Shown: in pieces, positions 31,454-40,298 of the stretch | Position numbering within the stretch: the stretch's first letter is position 1 | How the letters are laid out: the number at the start of each line of letters is the position of its first letter | Assembly: GCA_965221125.1 (NCBI GenBank) | Contig: CBDCRW010000007.1 | Coordinates: forward strand, 480,001 to 544,000 | Reading direction: 5' to 3' | Origin: Alphaproteobacteria bacterium | GTDB lineage: Bacteria > Pseudomonadota > Alphaproteobacteria > UBA828 | Length of the DNA: 64,000 bases | Position numbers and translations under genes: made by a program | The notes under the pieces: model-generated | What the model was told of the DNA's origin: nothing | Databases searched by the model: none | The model's input: the letters and a program-made list of their open reading frames with translations, nothing else

Positions 31454-31921
31454 TCATGCGCGAGACTGGTAACTTGTAAAGTTGAATGCGGATCCGCTTT
31501 CTCTTCTTGTGGCTGCAAGATAGAGGGCGAGGTCAACGGTGATCAAGGGATTGGAGGTCGAAATGACTTCGAGAAGACCGGCATCCGTAAGTCCGAGTCG
31601 TATGAATTCCTTTCTTTGACTGGCAGCTCTGCTGGTTACCACGATTTCTTCTTGTTCTTCAATAAATATTCGAAGTGTTTCGAAAATGCGTGATCGTTCG
31701 GGTTCGCCATGTTTGTCTAACAGATTCGACGCTTCGGTCAATGTATTCGGTGTGACAAGTACCTTGTCCACGTGGCCAATTTTGTCGATCAATATGTCGT
31801 AGTCCTTCTCTTGAAACTCCTTTAGACGGCGGTGCTTGGCGATCAACTTCCTGTCGGTTGCACCGACGACAAAAAGCATCAGTAAGCCCGTGTCCAAGAA
31901 AATTCTCCTGGCGCGAATCAA
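31454..31921 (-). CDS. PIN-domain protein, low GC
   Basis: IFLDTGLL, TPNTLTEASN, LGLTDA, LITVD..L acidic PIN pattern; TTG start with GGAG RBS inferred. Confidence 0.8.
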   Translation of the reverse strand: MIRARRIFLDTGLLMLFVVGATDRKLIAKHRRLKEFQEKDYDILIDKIGHVDKVLVTPNTLTEASNLLDKHGEPERSRIFETLRIFIEEQEEIVVTSRAASQRKEFIRLGLTDAGLLEVISTSNPLITVDLALYLAATRRESGSAFNFTSYQSRA

Positions 31922-31925
31922 GATT

Positions 31926-32192
31926 CTACTCCACAGCAAAAACTCTGTTTTTTACGGATAAGATTTGACCGTCGCTATCGCGAACAAGTACAACTTTGTA
32001 AGTACGCGATTTCTCGACACCCAACAAACTGCTGAAATTCGTATTCAACGGTCTGGAAAATCCAATCGTAATTCTCCAGAACCCCTCCTCTTCTGCGTCA
32101 ATTTCTTCCAATGCGACGTTCATTATTTGCTCTTCCGCGAACAAGTCCTCCACGTATTTTCTTGCTACTTCGACAGCTTGCTTGACGTTCAT
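31926..32192 (-). CDS. Small low-GC hypothetical protein, putative partner of the PIN protein
   Basis: 88 aa, GGAGG RBS, 4 nt upstream of the PIN start; motifs LEE, W.ITIGFSRP, YKVV. Confidence 0.75.
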   Translation of the reverse strand: MNVKQAVEVARKYVEDLFAEEQIMNVALEEIDAEEEGFWRITIGFSRPLNTNFSSLLGVEKSRTYKVVLVRDSDGQILSVKNRVFAVE

Positions 32193-32212
32193 CTTCCCCT
32201 CCAGCTTTCGGC

Positions 32213-33100
32213 TCAGCCGCGGTTAGCGTCGAGGAAGCCGAGCAGGATCTCGAAATAGGCCTCCGGCTCCTCGAACATCGGCAGGTGGGACGAGTTGGGG
32301 AACACCTTGATCTGCGCGTTGGGGAGCGCATCCGCGATCTTCATGGAGCACGCGGGCGTGAGCTCGTCGTGCTGGCCGCAGACCACCAGCGCCGGCTGGT
32401 GGATGCGGTGCAGCTCGGGCAACCAGTTCTTGTCCTTGATGCTGCCGGTGTAGCAGAACTCGTTGGGCCCCTGGATCGCCTTGTAGGGCGCCATGTTCCA
32501 GTCGCCGAGCGAGCGCATGACCGGCGCCGGCCACGCGTCGAGCCGGCAGACGTGGCGGTAGTTGAGGATGGTGATGGCGGCCTGGTAGGTGGGATGCTCC
32601 AGGGTGCCCTCGGCCTCGTGGCGCTGCATCATCGCCACGGTCTCTGGGCCGAGCGCGTCCCGCAGCCGGTGCAGCTCGCTCACGAGGTGGGGGATGTCGC
32701 CGGCGCCGTCGGCAAGCGTGATGGTCTTGAAGCTCTCAGGGTACGCGAGCGCCCATTCCTGCCCGAGCCATGTGCCCCAGGACTGGCCGAGGTAGTGCAC
32801 CGGCCCGAGACCCAAAGCGGTGCGCACGGTCTCCGTCTCCTCGACGTAGCGCTCGATGGTCCAGAGCGCCTCGTCCTCGGGCCGGTCGGACTTGCCGGTG
32901 CCGAGCTGGTCGAAGGAGACGACGCGATATCCCTTGTCCGCGAGCCAGGAGTGGCTGTCCCGCAGGTAGTCGCAGGGGAGCCCCGGCCCGCCGTTCACGC
33001 AGAACAGCACCTCGTCGCCGGCGCCGAAGCTGTAGGCGACGACGGTGTGGCCGTCCACGGCGACGTCGATGGTCTCGTCCGGCGCGCGATCGTCCATCAT
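32213..33100 (-). CDS. Proline iminopeptidase-family alpha/beta hydrolase
   Basis: NGGPG, DQLG.GKS, GQSWG, GPNEF, SSHLP. Confidence 0.9.
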   Translation of the reverse strand: MMDDRAPDETIDVAVDGHTVVAYSFGAGDEVLFCVNGGPGLPCDYLRDSHSWLADKGYRVVSFDQLGTGKSDRPEDEALWTIERYVEETETVRTALGLGPVHYLGQSWGTWLGQEWALAYPESFKTITLADGAGDIPHLVSELHRLRDALGPETVAMMQRHEAEGTLEHPTYQAAITILNYRHVCRLDAWPAPVMRSLGDWNMAPYKAIQGPNEFCYTGSIKDKNWLPELHRIHQPALVVCGQHDELTPACSMKIADALPNAQIKVFPNSSHLPMFEEPEAYFEILLGFLDANRG

Positions 33101-33178
33101 GGCCCGCGTCTCCCTCCCGCTCTGGCGGGGCGGACTATTCCACATTTGCAGGGTGCCTCCAAGCCGGGCGACGGGGGG

Positions 33179-33207
33179 CTTGATGCGGGCCGCGCTTGCT
33201 TCTATAT
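33179..33207 (+). promoter_or_regulatory. Putative promoter (alphaproteobacterial RpoD/RpoH-like)
   Basis: CTTGAT-N17-CTATAT upstream of ORF 33261. Confidence 0.6.
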
Positions 33208-33260
33208 CCCCGCCGTTACGCGTGGAAGCGGATGAATGAATAAGTCGTCGAGCGAGAGAG

Positions 33261-33857
33261 ATGAGCGAAGCCAAGAGCAGCAAGAAGAAGGCCCCCAAGG
33301 CCAAGACCGAGACGGCGCCCAAGGCCGAGAGCAAGAGCGAGAGCGCTGCGCCCGAGGGTGCCGCGCCCAAGGCGGCGGCGAGCGCGGACAGCAAGCCGAG
33401 CACGGAGGCCGCGTCCTCCGACGCGAAATCGTCGGAGAGCGGCAAGGATGGCGCTAAGGAGAGCGGCAAGGACGCCGGCAAGTCCGCCCGCGAATCCGCC
33501 GGCGGCAAGTCCGACGTTCACTACGGCTACTTCTCCAGCGTGCGCACGCCCGAATACCGCAGCGGCTGGGACGCGATCTGGGGCGGCAAGAACGGCGATA
33601 ACGCCGTGGGCGGCGACAACGACGACGAGACGCCCCGGCGGCGCCGGGCGGCGGCGGCGCGCACGAGCCGGCCGGCGAAGGCGCGGAAGCGCCGCGACCC
33701 CGTCACCGTCACCCTCGACCTCGACGACCTGCCGCCGGCGCTGAGGCAAGGCCTGGTCGAGATCGCGAGCGCGCGGCTCAAGGAATCCCGCGTGAGCTAT
33801 GCGCGCCGCGACAAGGCCGGCGCCATCGACTGGCGCATCACCTGCCGCGCGGACTGA
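33261..33857 (+). CDS. Hypothetical protein with K/A/S/E-rich disordered N-terminus
   Basis: Host-like codon usage, upstream promoter, motif VHYGYFSSVRTPEYRSGWDAIWG. Confidence 0.75.
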   Translation: MSEAKSSKKKAPKAKTETAPKAESKSESAAPEGAAPKAAASADSKPSTEAASSDAKSSESGKDGAKESGKDAGKSARESAGGKSDVHYGYFSSVRTPEYRSGWDAIWGGKNGDNAVGGDNDDETPRRRRAAAARTSRPAKARKRRDPVTVTLDLDDLPPALRQGLVEIASARLKESRVSYARRDKAGAIDWRITCRAD

Positions 33858-34057
33858 GGGCGCAGCCCGAGATCGGGTGAGGGGAGGGCCGGGCCGACAG
33901 GCCCGGAGCGCGCGACCGTGCGCCGCGCGAAGCGCGTAGGCAAGCGAGCGGAGCGAGCGCCCGCCGTTGAGGGAAATGAATGAGCGCGGCCGATATTCGT
34001 TGCAAACCGGCGCGCGCCGGTCCATCTGTAAGGGGACGACTTGCGGAGGGCCGGGCA

Positions 34058-34468
34058 ATGCTGAGGATCGCCGTTTTCTGCGCCATGCTCGTCGCGGGCG
34101 CCGTGCCGCTCCATGCGGACGTAACGCAAGTGGACAGCGCCGGGCTGGAGCGGCTGCGGGCGGAGGGCGTCCCCGTCATCGACGTCCGCCGGGCCGACGA
34201 GTGGCGCAAGACCGGCGTCATCGAAGGCAGCCACCTGCTGACCTTCTACGACGCGAAGGGGAACTACGACCTGGAGCGCTGGCTGCCGGCGCTTGGCCGG
34301 ATCGCGGAAGCCGGCCAGCCCGTCGCGTTCATCTGCCGTAGCGGCAAGCGCAGCGGCCGGGTCGCGCAAATGCTGGACGAGCGGTTCGGCTACAGCCGCG
34401 TCTACACCGCGCAGGACGGCATCCTGGGATGGATCGGGGAGGGGCGGTCCACCGTGGAGCACCCGTAG
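34058..34468 (+). CDS. Exported single-domain rhodanese
   Basis: Signal peptide, IDVRR.DEW.KTG.I.GS, ICRSGKRS, GILGW. Confidence 0.88.
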   Translation: MLRIAVFCAMLVAGAVPLHADVTQVDSAGLERLRAEGVPVIDVRRADEWRKTGVIEGSHLLTFYDAKGNYDLERWLPALGRIAEAGQPVAFICRSGKRSGRVAQMLDERFGYSRVYTAQDGILGWIGEGRSTVEHP

Positions 34469-34521
34469 CGGCCGGGGCTCAAGGGCCGCCGAGACCCCAC
34501 CGTCTCACATTTATAGGGTGT

Positions 34522-34553
34522 GACAGATAGTAGGCGAGACAGATAGTAGGCGA
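34522..34553. repeat. Exact 16-bp tandem duplication GACAGATAGTAGGCGA x2
   Basis: 34522-34537 equals 34538-34553. Confidence 0.9.
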
Positions 34554-35081
34554 GAGCGCCTATCTACACACGACTATACAGCGCCGCTCCATCCTCCTTA
34601 TAATGCAGTGAATACAATGCATTGTGTCTATCGTCAAGAGTTTCTTGCAGATCGATGATGCCATAAGTTTCGACGACGCATCGCTGCGTAGTTGCACTTG
34701 GGGAAGTGAACCGGATGCTTTGTCCAGATATGCGGCAGATCTCGCTGTTGCAGAAATCACCTGTAAAACTTGGATTCAAGGAGATACAACATATATACAC
34801 CATATGCGCGGCTGCGATGCGGAACATAGGTATTCCGTAGGGGATTCTCTGTTTGTGTCGGTTTTCCTGCAGTCCGTCAGGCGTTTCATTGTATGGGTGA
34901 CGCATGGTCCACGGGAAGGCCCCGCGCGCGGGGTGACGCGCCCCGCTGTGCGCGGCTGCAAGTGTCAGGACAAAGCTAGTCGGGCCGCGAGTGTCTCTGG
35001 CGCATGAGTATGCTTGGCTGACTGTCCACCATCACAAGAGATATGATAGCCAGCCGCATTACTTGCCACCTTACTAAAGAC

Positions 35082-35100
35082 AATGCCAATCATTCTTATT
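35082..35100. promoter_or_regulatory. Possible Fur-like box upstream of bfr
   Basis: AATGCCAATCATTCTTATT resembles AATGAGAATnATTCTCATT. Confidence 0.35.
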
Positions 35101-35315
35101 GTCGAAAATGGCGAGAATGAATTTCAGGGGTAAAACTCCCATATTCTAAAATTTATGCTCGAATTCTACACGTAAGAGTACTTTTATGCTTGCGCTTATC
35201 TTCCAATTTTACCATTATGCGGATAAAGGAAGGGCGACGATCATTAGTGGACAAAGGGATAGCATCTCACCGGTGGTCGCCAACCGCGGACGAGTTGGAG
35301 CGAGTGGAGGAGAGC

Positions 35316-35795
35316 ATGAAGGGCGACGCGAAGGTCATTGAGTATCTCAATGCGGTGCTCAAGAACGAGCTGACCGCGATCAACCAGTATTTCCTGCACT
35401 CGCGGATGCTCGGGAATTGGGGCGTGACGAGGCTGGCCAAGTACGAGTACGAGCAATCCATCGACGAGATGAAGCACGCGGACGACCTGATCGAGCGCAT
35501 CCTGTTCCTCGAAGGGCTGCCCAACCTGCAGGACCTCGGCAAGCTCATGATCGGCGAGGACGTGAAGGAGATCCTCGACTGCGACCTCGCCCTCGAAAAC
35601 ATGGCGATCCCCACCCTGCGCGAGGGCATCGCGCACTGCGAGCAAGTTGACGACTACGTGACGCGGCACCTCCTGCGCGAGATCCTCCAGAGCGAGGAGG
35701 AGCACGTCGACTGGCTGGAGACGCAGTACGAGCTGATCAAGCGGATGGGCCTCGAGAACTACGTCCAGCTCCAGAGCAAGCCGGCGGAGGATTAG
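35316..35795 (+). CDS. bfr: Bacterioferritin
   Basis: [54 protein letters not shown]. Confidence 0.97.
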   Translation: MKGDAKVIEYLNAVLKNELTAINQYFLHSRMLGNWGVTRLAKYEYEQSIDEMKHADDLIERILFLEGLPNLQDLGKLMIGEDVKEILDCDLALENMAIPTLREGIAHCEQVDDYVTRHLLREILQSEEEHVDWLETQYELIKRMGLENYVQLQSKPAED

Positions 35796-35830
35796 GGCGG
35801 ACGATACCGGGCGCCGAGACTGGCGAGCGC

Positions 35831-35998
35831 CTATTCGGCGGGGGCCGAACCGCCGGCGGGCACATCATCCGAGGGTGTGGCTTCGCCGGGGGGTGCGTCA
35901 TTCGCGTCGCCGCTGGGCTCCACGCCCGCAACCATGTCTCGAAGGGCGCGCGTCGCCGACACGATATCCGCCGGTTTGAGCGCGGCCCAGGCGTGCAT
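35831..35998 (-). CDS. Possible 55-aa small protein coupled to bfd
   Basis: ATG overlaps the bfd stop (TGATG); no family recognised. Confidence 0.35.
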   Translation of the reverse strand: MHAWAALKPADIVSATRALRDMVAGVEPSGDANDAPPGEATPSDDVPAGGSAPAE

Positions 35999-36228
35999 CA
36001 GGGGCGCGCGCCCTCGCGGACGGCCTCTCTCCGATCGGCCGGGAGCGGGCCGCCGCGCGGCCGGTCTTCGTGGACCCCGTCGATCAGGCCCTGAGCGAAG
36101 CTGAGGCAGCGCCCGCACTGGGGCCCGTTGCCGAGCTCCTGATACGCCTTCTTCGCGCAGCGGACGCCGGCCTGCGCCACGGCGCGGATCTCGGTGTCCC
36201 GATAGGCGTTGCAGACGCACACGTACAT
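35998..36228 (-). CDS. bfd: Bacterioferritin-associated [2Fe-2S] ferredoxin
   Basis: MYVCVCNA...PQCGRC. Confidence 0.92.
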   Translation of the reverse strand: MYVCVCNAYRDTEIRAVAQAGVRCAKKAYQELGNGPQCGRCLSFAQGLIDGVHEDRPRGGPLPADRREAVREGARP

Positions 36229-36264
36229 CGCGGCACTCCGCTTGACGCTGCCAATCCTGAAGAG

Positions 36265-36299
36265 AATGCGAACGAATGTCAATGAGAATTCGTGTCAGG
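36265..36299. promoter_or_regulatory. Tandem Fur-like boxes upstream of bfd
   Basis: AATGCGAACGAATGTCAAT and AATGAGAATTCGTGTCAGG. Confidence 0.45.
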
Positions 36300-36327
36300 C
36301 GCGTTTGCAGATGGGGAGCCTTCCACG

Positions 36328-37458
36328 TCAACTCGTTCGCGCCGCGATCAGGTGATTGTCCCAGCGAGCGCCTTCGAGGCCGCCAACGGCGAGCGGCCGT
36401 GTTGTTCCCGACTGCGCATCGATGACGACCACGCCGCCCTGCCCACTGCTCGCCAGGAATTCGCCCGGCCCCGCGCCCGGCGCCACACCGCAGCCGTCTG
36501 CAACATCAGCCGACGACAGGTAACTGCCCGCGCCGGCATCCCAGAGCGTCACCATGCCGCCGCGTGGCGCGGTGACGGCAATAATATGGCTGCTCGCGTC
36601 GAAGCACACGCTGCCGCAATAGTTCTTCATCGCGTGCAGGGTGGCGCGTGGCGCGTGCAGCAGGCGTAGCCCGCCGCCGCGCCGTTGCACGCCGACCAGC
36701 GGAACCAGATTATGCGCAGGCCCCTCGTACTGCATGGCGACGGCGACCGTGTCGTCTGGGCTCACGGCCAGATGACGGATGCTCAGTTGGTGCAGGGCAG
36801 GTTCGAGCCTGCTCTCCCGTAGCAGCGTGCCGTCGCGCCGGTCGATGTGGCAGAGGGAGGGCGCCATGGTCGGCAGGTTCAGCTTTACGCGCGGCAGGTC
36901 GGGATGCGTCGCGATGCCGCCGTTGGCGACGACGAGGGTCTCGCCGTCGGAGAGCAGCGCGATCTCGTGCGGGCCGACGCCGTGGGAGGGTATCTCGCCC
37001 ACGCGCCGGTAGTCGCGCGCCGCGTCGTAGACGCCGATGACGCCGCGCTCGCCCACAAAATCGTTCTCGGTGGCGTAGAGCAGGCGCCCATCCCGACTGA
37101 ACACGCCGTGACCGTAGAAATGGCGCTCAGGCGGCGTCTCCAGCCCGCGAACAATTGTGCCTTGCGCGAGGTTCACGACCAGCACGAAGCGGCCCGGTCG
37201 GCGGGCGAAGTGCACGGCCTCTCGACCGCCGGGGCGCACTGCGAAGGAATGACCCCGCCCCGGCAGCGGCAGATCGAAGAGCGAGGCGCCGCCCTTCGTG
37301 AAGCCGCTGATCCGGTAGCCACCGCCGGCGTCGGCGCGGGCGCTCAGGTAGAGCGGCGCGGCGGAGTCGACGCTGTCGGCGCGGAGGGATGCCGGCAGGA
37401 AAGAACCGGCAAGCCCCCCGGCCAACAGCAGCAGCGCGTCGCGGCGCTTAATCTCCAT
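36328..37458 (-). CDS. DUF1513 family Tat-exported protein
   Basis: KRRDALL, RGH, FARRPG, HFYGHG.FS.DG..LYATEND, GPHE, ANGGI.THPD, SIRHL, WDNH. Confidence 0.9.
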   Translation of the reverse strand: MEIKRRDALLLLAGGLAGSFLPASLRADSVDSAAPLYLSARADAGGGYRISGFTKGGASLFDLPLPGRGHSFAVRPGGREAVHFARRPGRFVLVVNLAQGTIVRGLETPPERHFYGHGVFSRDGRLLYATENDFVGERGVIGVYDAARDYRRVGEIPSHGVGPHEIALLSDGETLVVANGGIATHPDLPRVKLNLPTMAPSLCHIDRRDGTLLRESRLEPALHQLSIRHLAVSPDDTVAVAMQYEGPAHNLVPLVGVQRRGGGLRLLHAPRATLHAMKNYCGSVCFDASSHIIAVTAPRGGMVTLWDAGAGSYLSSADVADGCGVAPGAGPGEFLASSGQGGVVVIDAQSGTTRPLAVGGLEGARWDNHLIAARTS

Positions 37459-38539
37459 CGAGGGCGTTGAAGCCGATGGCGAGGCCGAGCGCAGGCGCCA
37501 GGCGATCCCTCACGATCTGTCTCAGCGCTCGCACCTGTTTGGCGAGTTTTTCGGCCTTCGGGCGAAGCGCGGCGTCGGCTGCGGCGTTCTCCACGGGGCC
37601 GCCGAGGGACTCCGCCGTGGCGAGGGTGAGGTGGAACGCCTTTCGCATCAGCCGGTCAAGCTTGGGGTCGGCCACGGCCGTGAGATCGCCCAGGCCGGCG
37701 CCGCCCTCGCCGAGATAGAGCGCCTGCAGCGCCTCCAGCGTCACCACGATGTTGCGCTGCGACCGCCCGCTCAGGCGGGATTCCGCCAGCACCGGGCGCA
37801 CCTGCTGCGCGCTCTCGCCGATGACCGGCTTGAGCTTCACGTCGTGGATGAGCTGCAGGCTGTCGTGCAGGCTCTGGAAGAAGGCCAGCGTGACTGCGGA
37901 ATGATCCTCGAACTGCGGATTGTCGGGACCCGGCGCCGCCATTAGGCTGGCAAACGCGCTGTCGCCTTCCCGCCAATCGGCGAGACTCCCCGCCGCCATG
38001 GTGCGCATGTTCGCCGCCACGGCCGCGAGCAGCCCGCAGCCCCTGGCGTCGGCGCCGAGGTAGCGTTCGTCGTAGAGCAGCACTTCCGCCGCCAGCAGGC
38101 CCTGGACCGCCACGTTGGCGCTCCCGATACGCGCGGCGAGCGCAGCGGCGTCCTCGTCCGCGGCAACGATCTCGGCGACGGCATCGGCCACCTTGGCGCG
38201 CGCCTGGGGCCAGAAATAGAAGCGATAGGCGCGGTTGAACGACTCGACGGGGCCGAAGCGCAGATGCTGAACGCCCAACCACGCGTCCATTGCGTCGTGG
38301 AAGCGCGCCCGAAGCGGCTCGGTCTCGCCCTCACCGGCACAGTACGTCCGCGCAGAGTCGGCGAAAGCCTCGGTCGCCGCCGCCAGGCGCTCGTAGCGGG
38401 GCAGCGCATGGGTCTCGACCAGGGCCGCGTTGACGCGCGCGTAGTCCGCCGGGCCGATCTCTTGCGCGCTCGACGCAGGCTCCGCGCAGACGAAAACCGA
38501 CAGGAACAAGGCCGCAATCACGGTCGCGCGGGTCATCAA
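37448..38539 (-). CDS. Imelysin-like (peptidase M75) protein
   Basis: Signal peptide, FGP...FWP, QGL.A.E.LL, C-terminal GFNALDGD. Confidence 0.88.
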   Translation of the reverse strand: MMTRATVIAALFLSVFVCAEPASSAQEIGPADYARVNAALVETHALPRYERLAAATEAFADSARTYCAGEGETEPLRARFHDAMDAWLGVQHLRFGPVESFNRAYRFYFWPQARAKVADAVAEIVAADEDAAALAARIGSANVAVQGLLAAEVLLYDERYLGADARGCGLLAAVAANMRTMAAGSLADWREGDSAFASLMAAPGPDNPQFEDHSAVTLAFFQSLHDSLQLIHDVKLKPVIGESAQQVRPVLAESRLSGRSQRNIVVTLEALQALYLGEGGAGLGDLTAVADPKLDRLMRKAFHLTLATAESLGGPVENAAADAALRPKAEKLAKQVRALRQIVRDRLAPALGLAIGFNALDGD

Positions 38540-38553
38540 AGCAGATCCCTCCG

Positions 38554-40113
38554 TCAGAGCGAGCGCAGGAAGGCGAGCAGCGCAGCCCGCTCCTCACGCG
38601 ACATCGAGACGACGCGCTCTTTCGCCGCCTCCGCCTCGCCGCCGTGCCAGAGAATGGCTTCGAGGAGGCTGCGGGCGCGGCCGTCGTGCAGGAAGAAGGT
38701 ATGGCCGCTCACGGTCTCGGTGAGGCCGATGCCCCAGAGCGGCGGTGTGCGCCACTCACGGCCGCCGGCCTCGCCCTCTGGCCTGCCGTCGGCGAGCCCT
38801 TCGCCCATGTCGTGGAGCAGCATGTCGGTGTAGGGCCAGATAAGCTGGAACGACTGTTCCTCGCCGATGGAATCCCGGCGGGTCACGAACTTGGGCCGGT
38901 GGCAGCCGGTGCAGTTCGCGTCGTAGAAGAGCCGCTTGCCTTCGAGCACCTGCGGATCGCCGATGTCGCGGCGTGCCGGCACGCCGAGGTTGCGCGTGTA
39001 GAAGACGAGCAGCTCGAAGAGGGCGGCGCTGGCCTCGACCGTGCTCTGCGCCGAGGCGCCGCCGTGCGGCGCGTCCCGGCATGCCTCCTGCACTGCCGTG
39101 CAATCGCCGTGCGGGCGCGGGTAGAGCGGGGTCGAGATGCCCACGTCGCCGCGAAAGGCTGCCGCCGCCTGCTGCGAGACGGTGGGCTGGCCGGCCTTCC
39201 AGCCGAAGCGGCCGAGCATGGGCCGGCCTAGCTCGTCGCTCCATACGGTGTTTGCCCGGCCCGAGATGCCGTCCCCGTCGCGGTCTTCCGGGTCGGCGCC
39301 GGCGAGGATGTCGGCATCGGAAATCGCTTCCAACAGGCCCATGCCGATGACCGGCGGCGCGACGCGAGGCGAGAGCATCGTCTCCGGGTGCAGCGGGCCG
39401 TAATGAAGACCGGAGACGCCGTAGCTGGGCTTGCGGAGGCTGACCGTCTCGCCGTCGGCCAGCGCCACCGGCACCTCCTCGTAAGCGATCGTTATGTCGC
39501 CTTCGCCCTTGATCCCCTGGATCGAGAAATTTTGAAGCTGCCCGCCGTAGGTGGGCTCGGGAACCGTGGCCTGCCGGTGCTCGCGCAGGGCCGCGCGCTC
39601 GGCCTCGGTCTGGGGCGGGATGGAGAGCCGCATGAGCATCGTCTCGGCGCGCTCCCCTGCGGCCGGCGGGCGGCCGCGGCCATCCTTCAGGTGGCAGCGC
39701 TGGCAGGCGCGCGCGTTGAAGAGCGGGCCGAGCCCGTCCGACGACGTGGTCGAGCTCGGCGACGACACCCAGATCTTCCTGAAGATGCCGTTGCCGACGT
39801 GGAAGTCGCGCTGACGCTTGAAGGGCATGTTGGCGGAGGGGTGCGAGAACGCGTCCCGGTTCAGGGGCTTGAACACCGTCGCCGCGCCTGCCGGGCGGCG
39901 CTCGTAAGGCTCGGCCTTGGAGAAATCCTGCGTCGGCTGCGTCACCGCCGCGATGCGCGCCCGCTCGTCCCCCGGTTCCGCTGCCGATAGAGCCTGGGCC
40001 GGACTCAAGAGCACGAGCGCCCCGGCCAACACGGGCACCGCGCGCCCGGCCGTTCTCGCGATCTGCGCGCGACCGAAGGCTAACGCGGCGGAGAGCAGTC
40101 GTGAGAATGCCAC
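38554..40113 (-). CDS. Di-heme oxidoreductase family protein (DUF1111)
   Basis: DGLGPLFN, CQRCH and CTGCH heme motifs, GRFGWKA, WRTPPLWG, LHDGRAR; start uncertain. Confidence 0.9.
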   Translation of the reverse strand: MAFSRLLSAALAFGRAQIARTAGRAVPVLAGALVLLSPAQALSAAEPGDERARIAAVTQPTQDFSKAEPYERRPAGAATVFKPLNRDAFSHPSANMPFKRQRDFHVGNGIFRKIWVSSPSSTTSSDGLGPLFNARACQRCHLKDGRGRPPAAGERAETMLMRLSIPPQTEAERAALREHRQATVPEPTYGGQLQNFSIQGIKGEGDITIAYEEVPVALADGETVSLRKPSYGVSGLHYGPLHPETMLSPRVAPPVIGMGLLEAISDADILAGADPEDRDGDGISGRANTVWSDELGRPMLGRFGWKAGQPTVSQQAAAAFRGDVGISTPLYPRPHGDCTAVQEACRDAPHGGASAQSTVEASAALFELLVFYTRNLGVPARRDIGDPQVLEGKRLFYDANCTGCHRPKFVTRRDSIGEEQSFQLIWPYTDMLLHDMGEGLADGRPEGEAGGREWRTPPLWGIGLTETVSGHTFFLHDGRARSLLEAILWHGGEAEAAKERVVSMSREERAALLAFLRSL

Positions 40114-40168
40114 TGAGAATCTTTCGCAATTATGTTGACGCGCATTCTAGGAACGATTATCAGTCGCA
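40112..40168. promoter_or_regulatory. Fur-like boxes and -35 element in the divergent iron promoter
   Basis: ACTGAGAATCTTTCGCAAT (40112-40130), TTGACG (40135-40140), CGATTATCAGTCGCA (40154-40168). Confidence 0.6.
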
Positions 40169-40298
40169 GGATAAGGCTGTCAACGTCGCCACGCTCGGGA
40201 TGGTAGCCGCACGACGGGGAACGCAACCCGCCGCGGCCGGTCGGCCCGCTTCCGGCCTGCGTTGGCAACACCGCTGACTGCAGCAAAGGGGACAACCG

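Noticed and set aside
31440-32235. Possible 3'-end duplication around the PIN module (CGCGGTT shared)
   Set aside because: Only 7 exact bases, which is not significant.
34560-35007. Overlapping ORFs in the AT-rich tract
   Set aside because: No recognisable family, RBS or clearly preferred frame, so not called as CDS.
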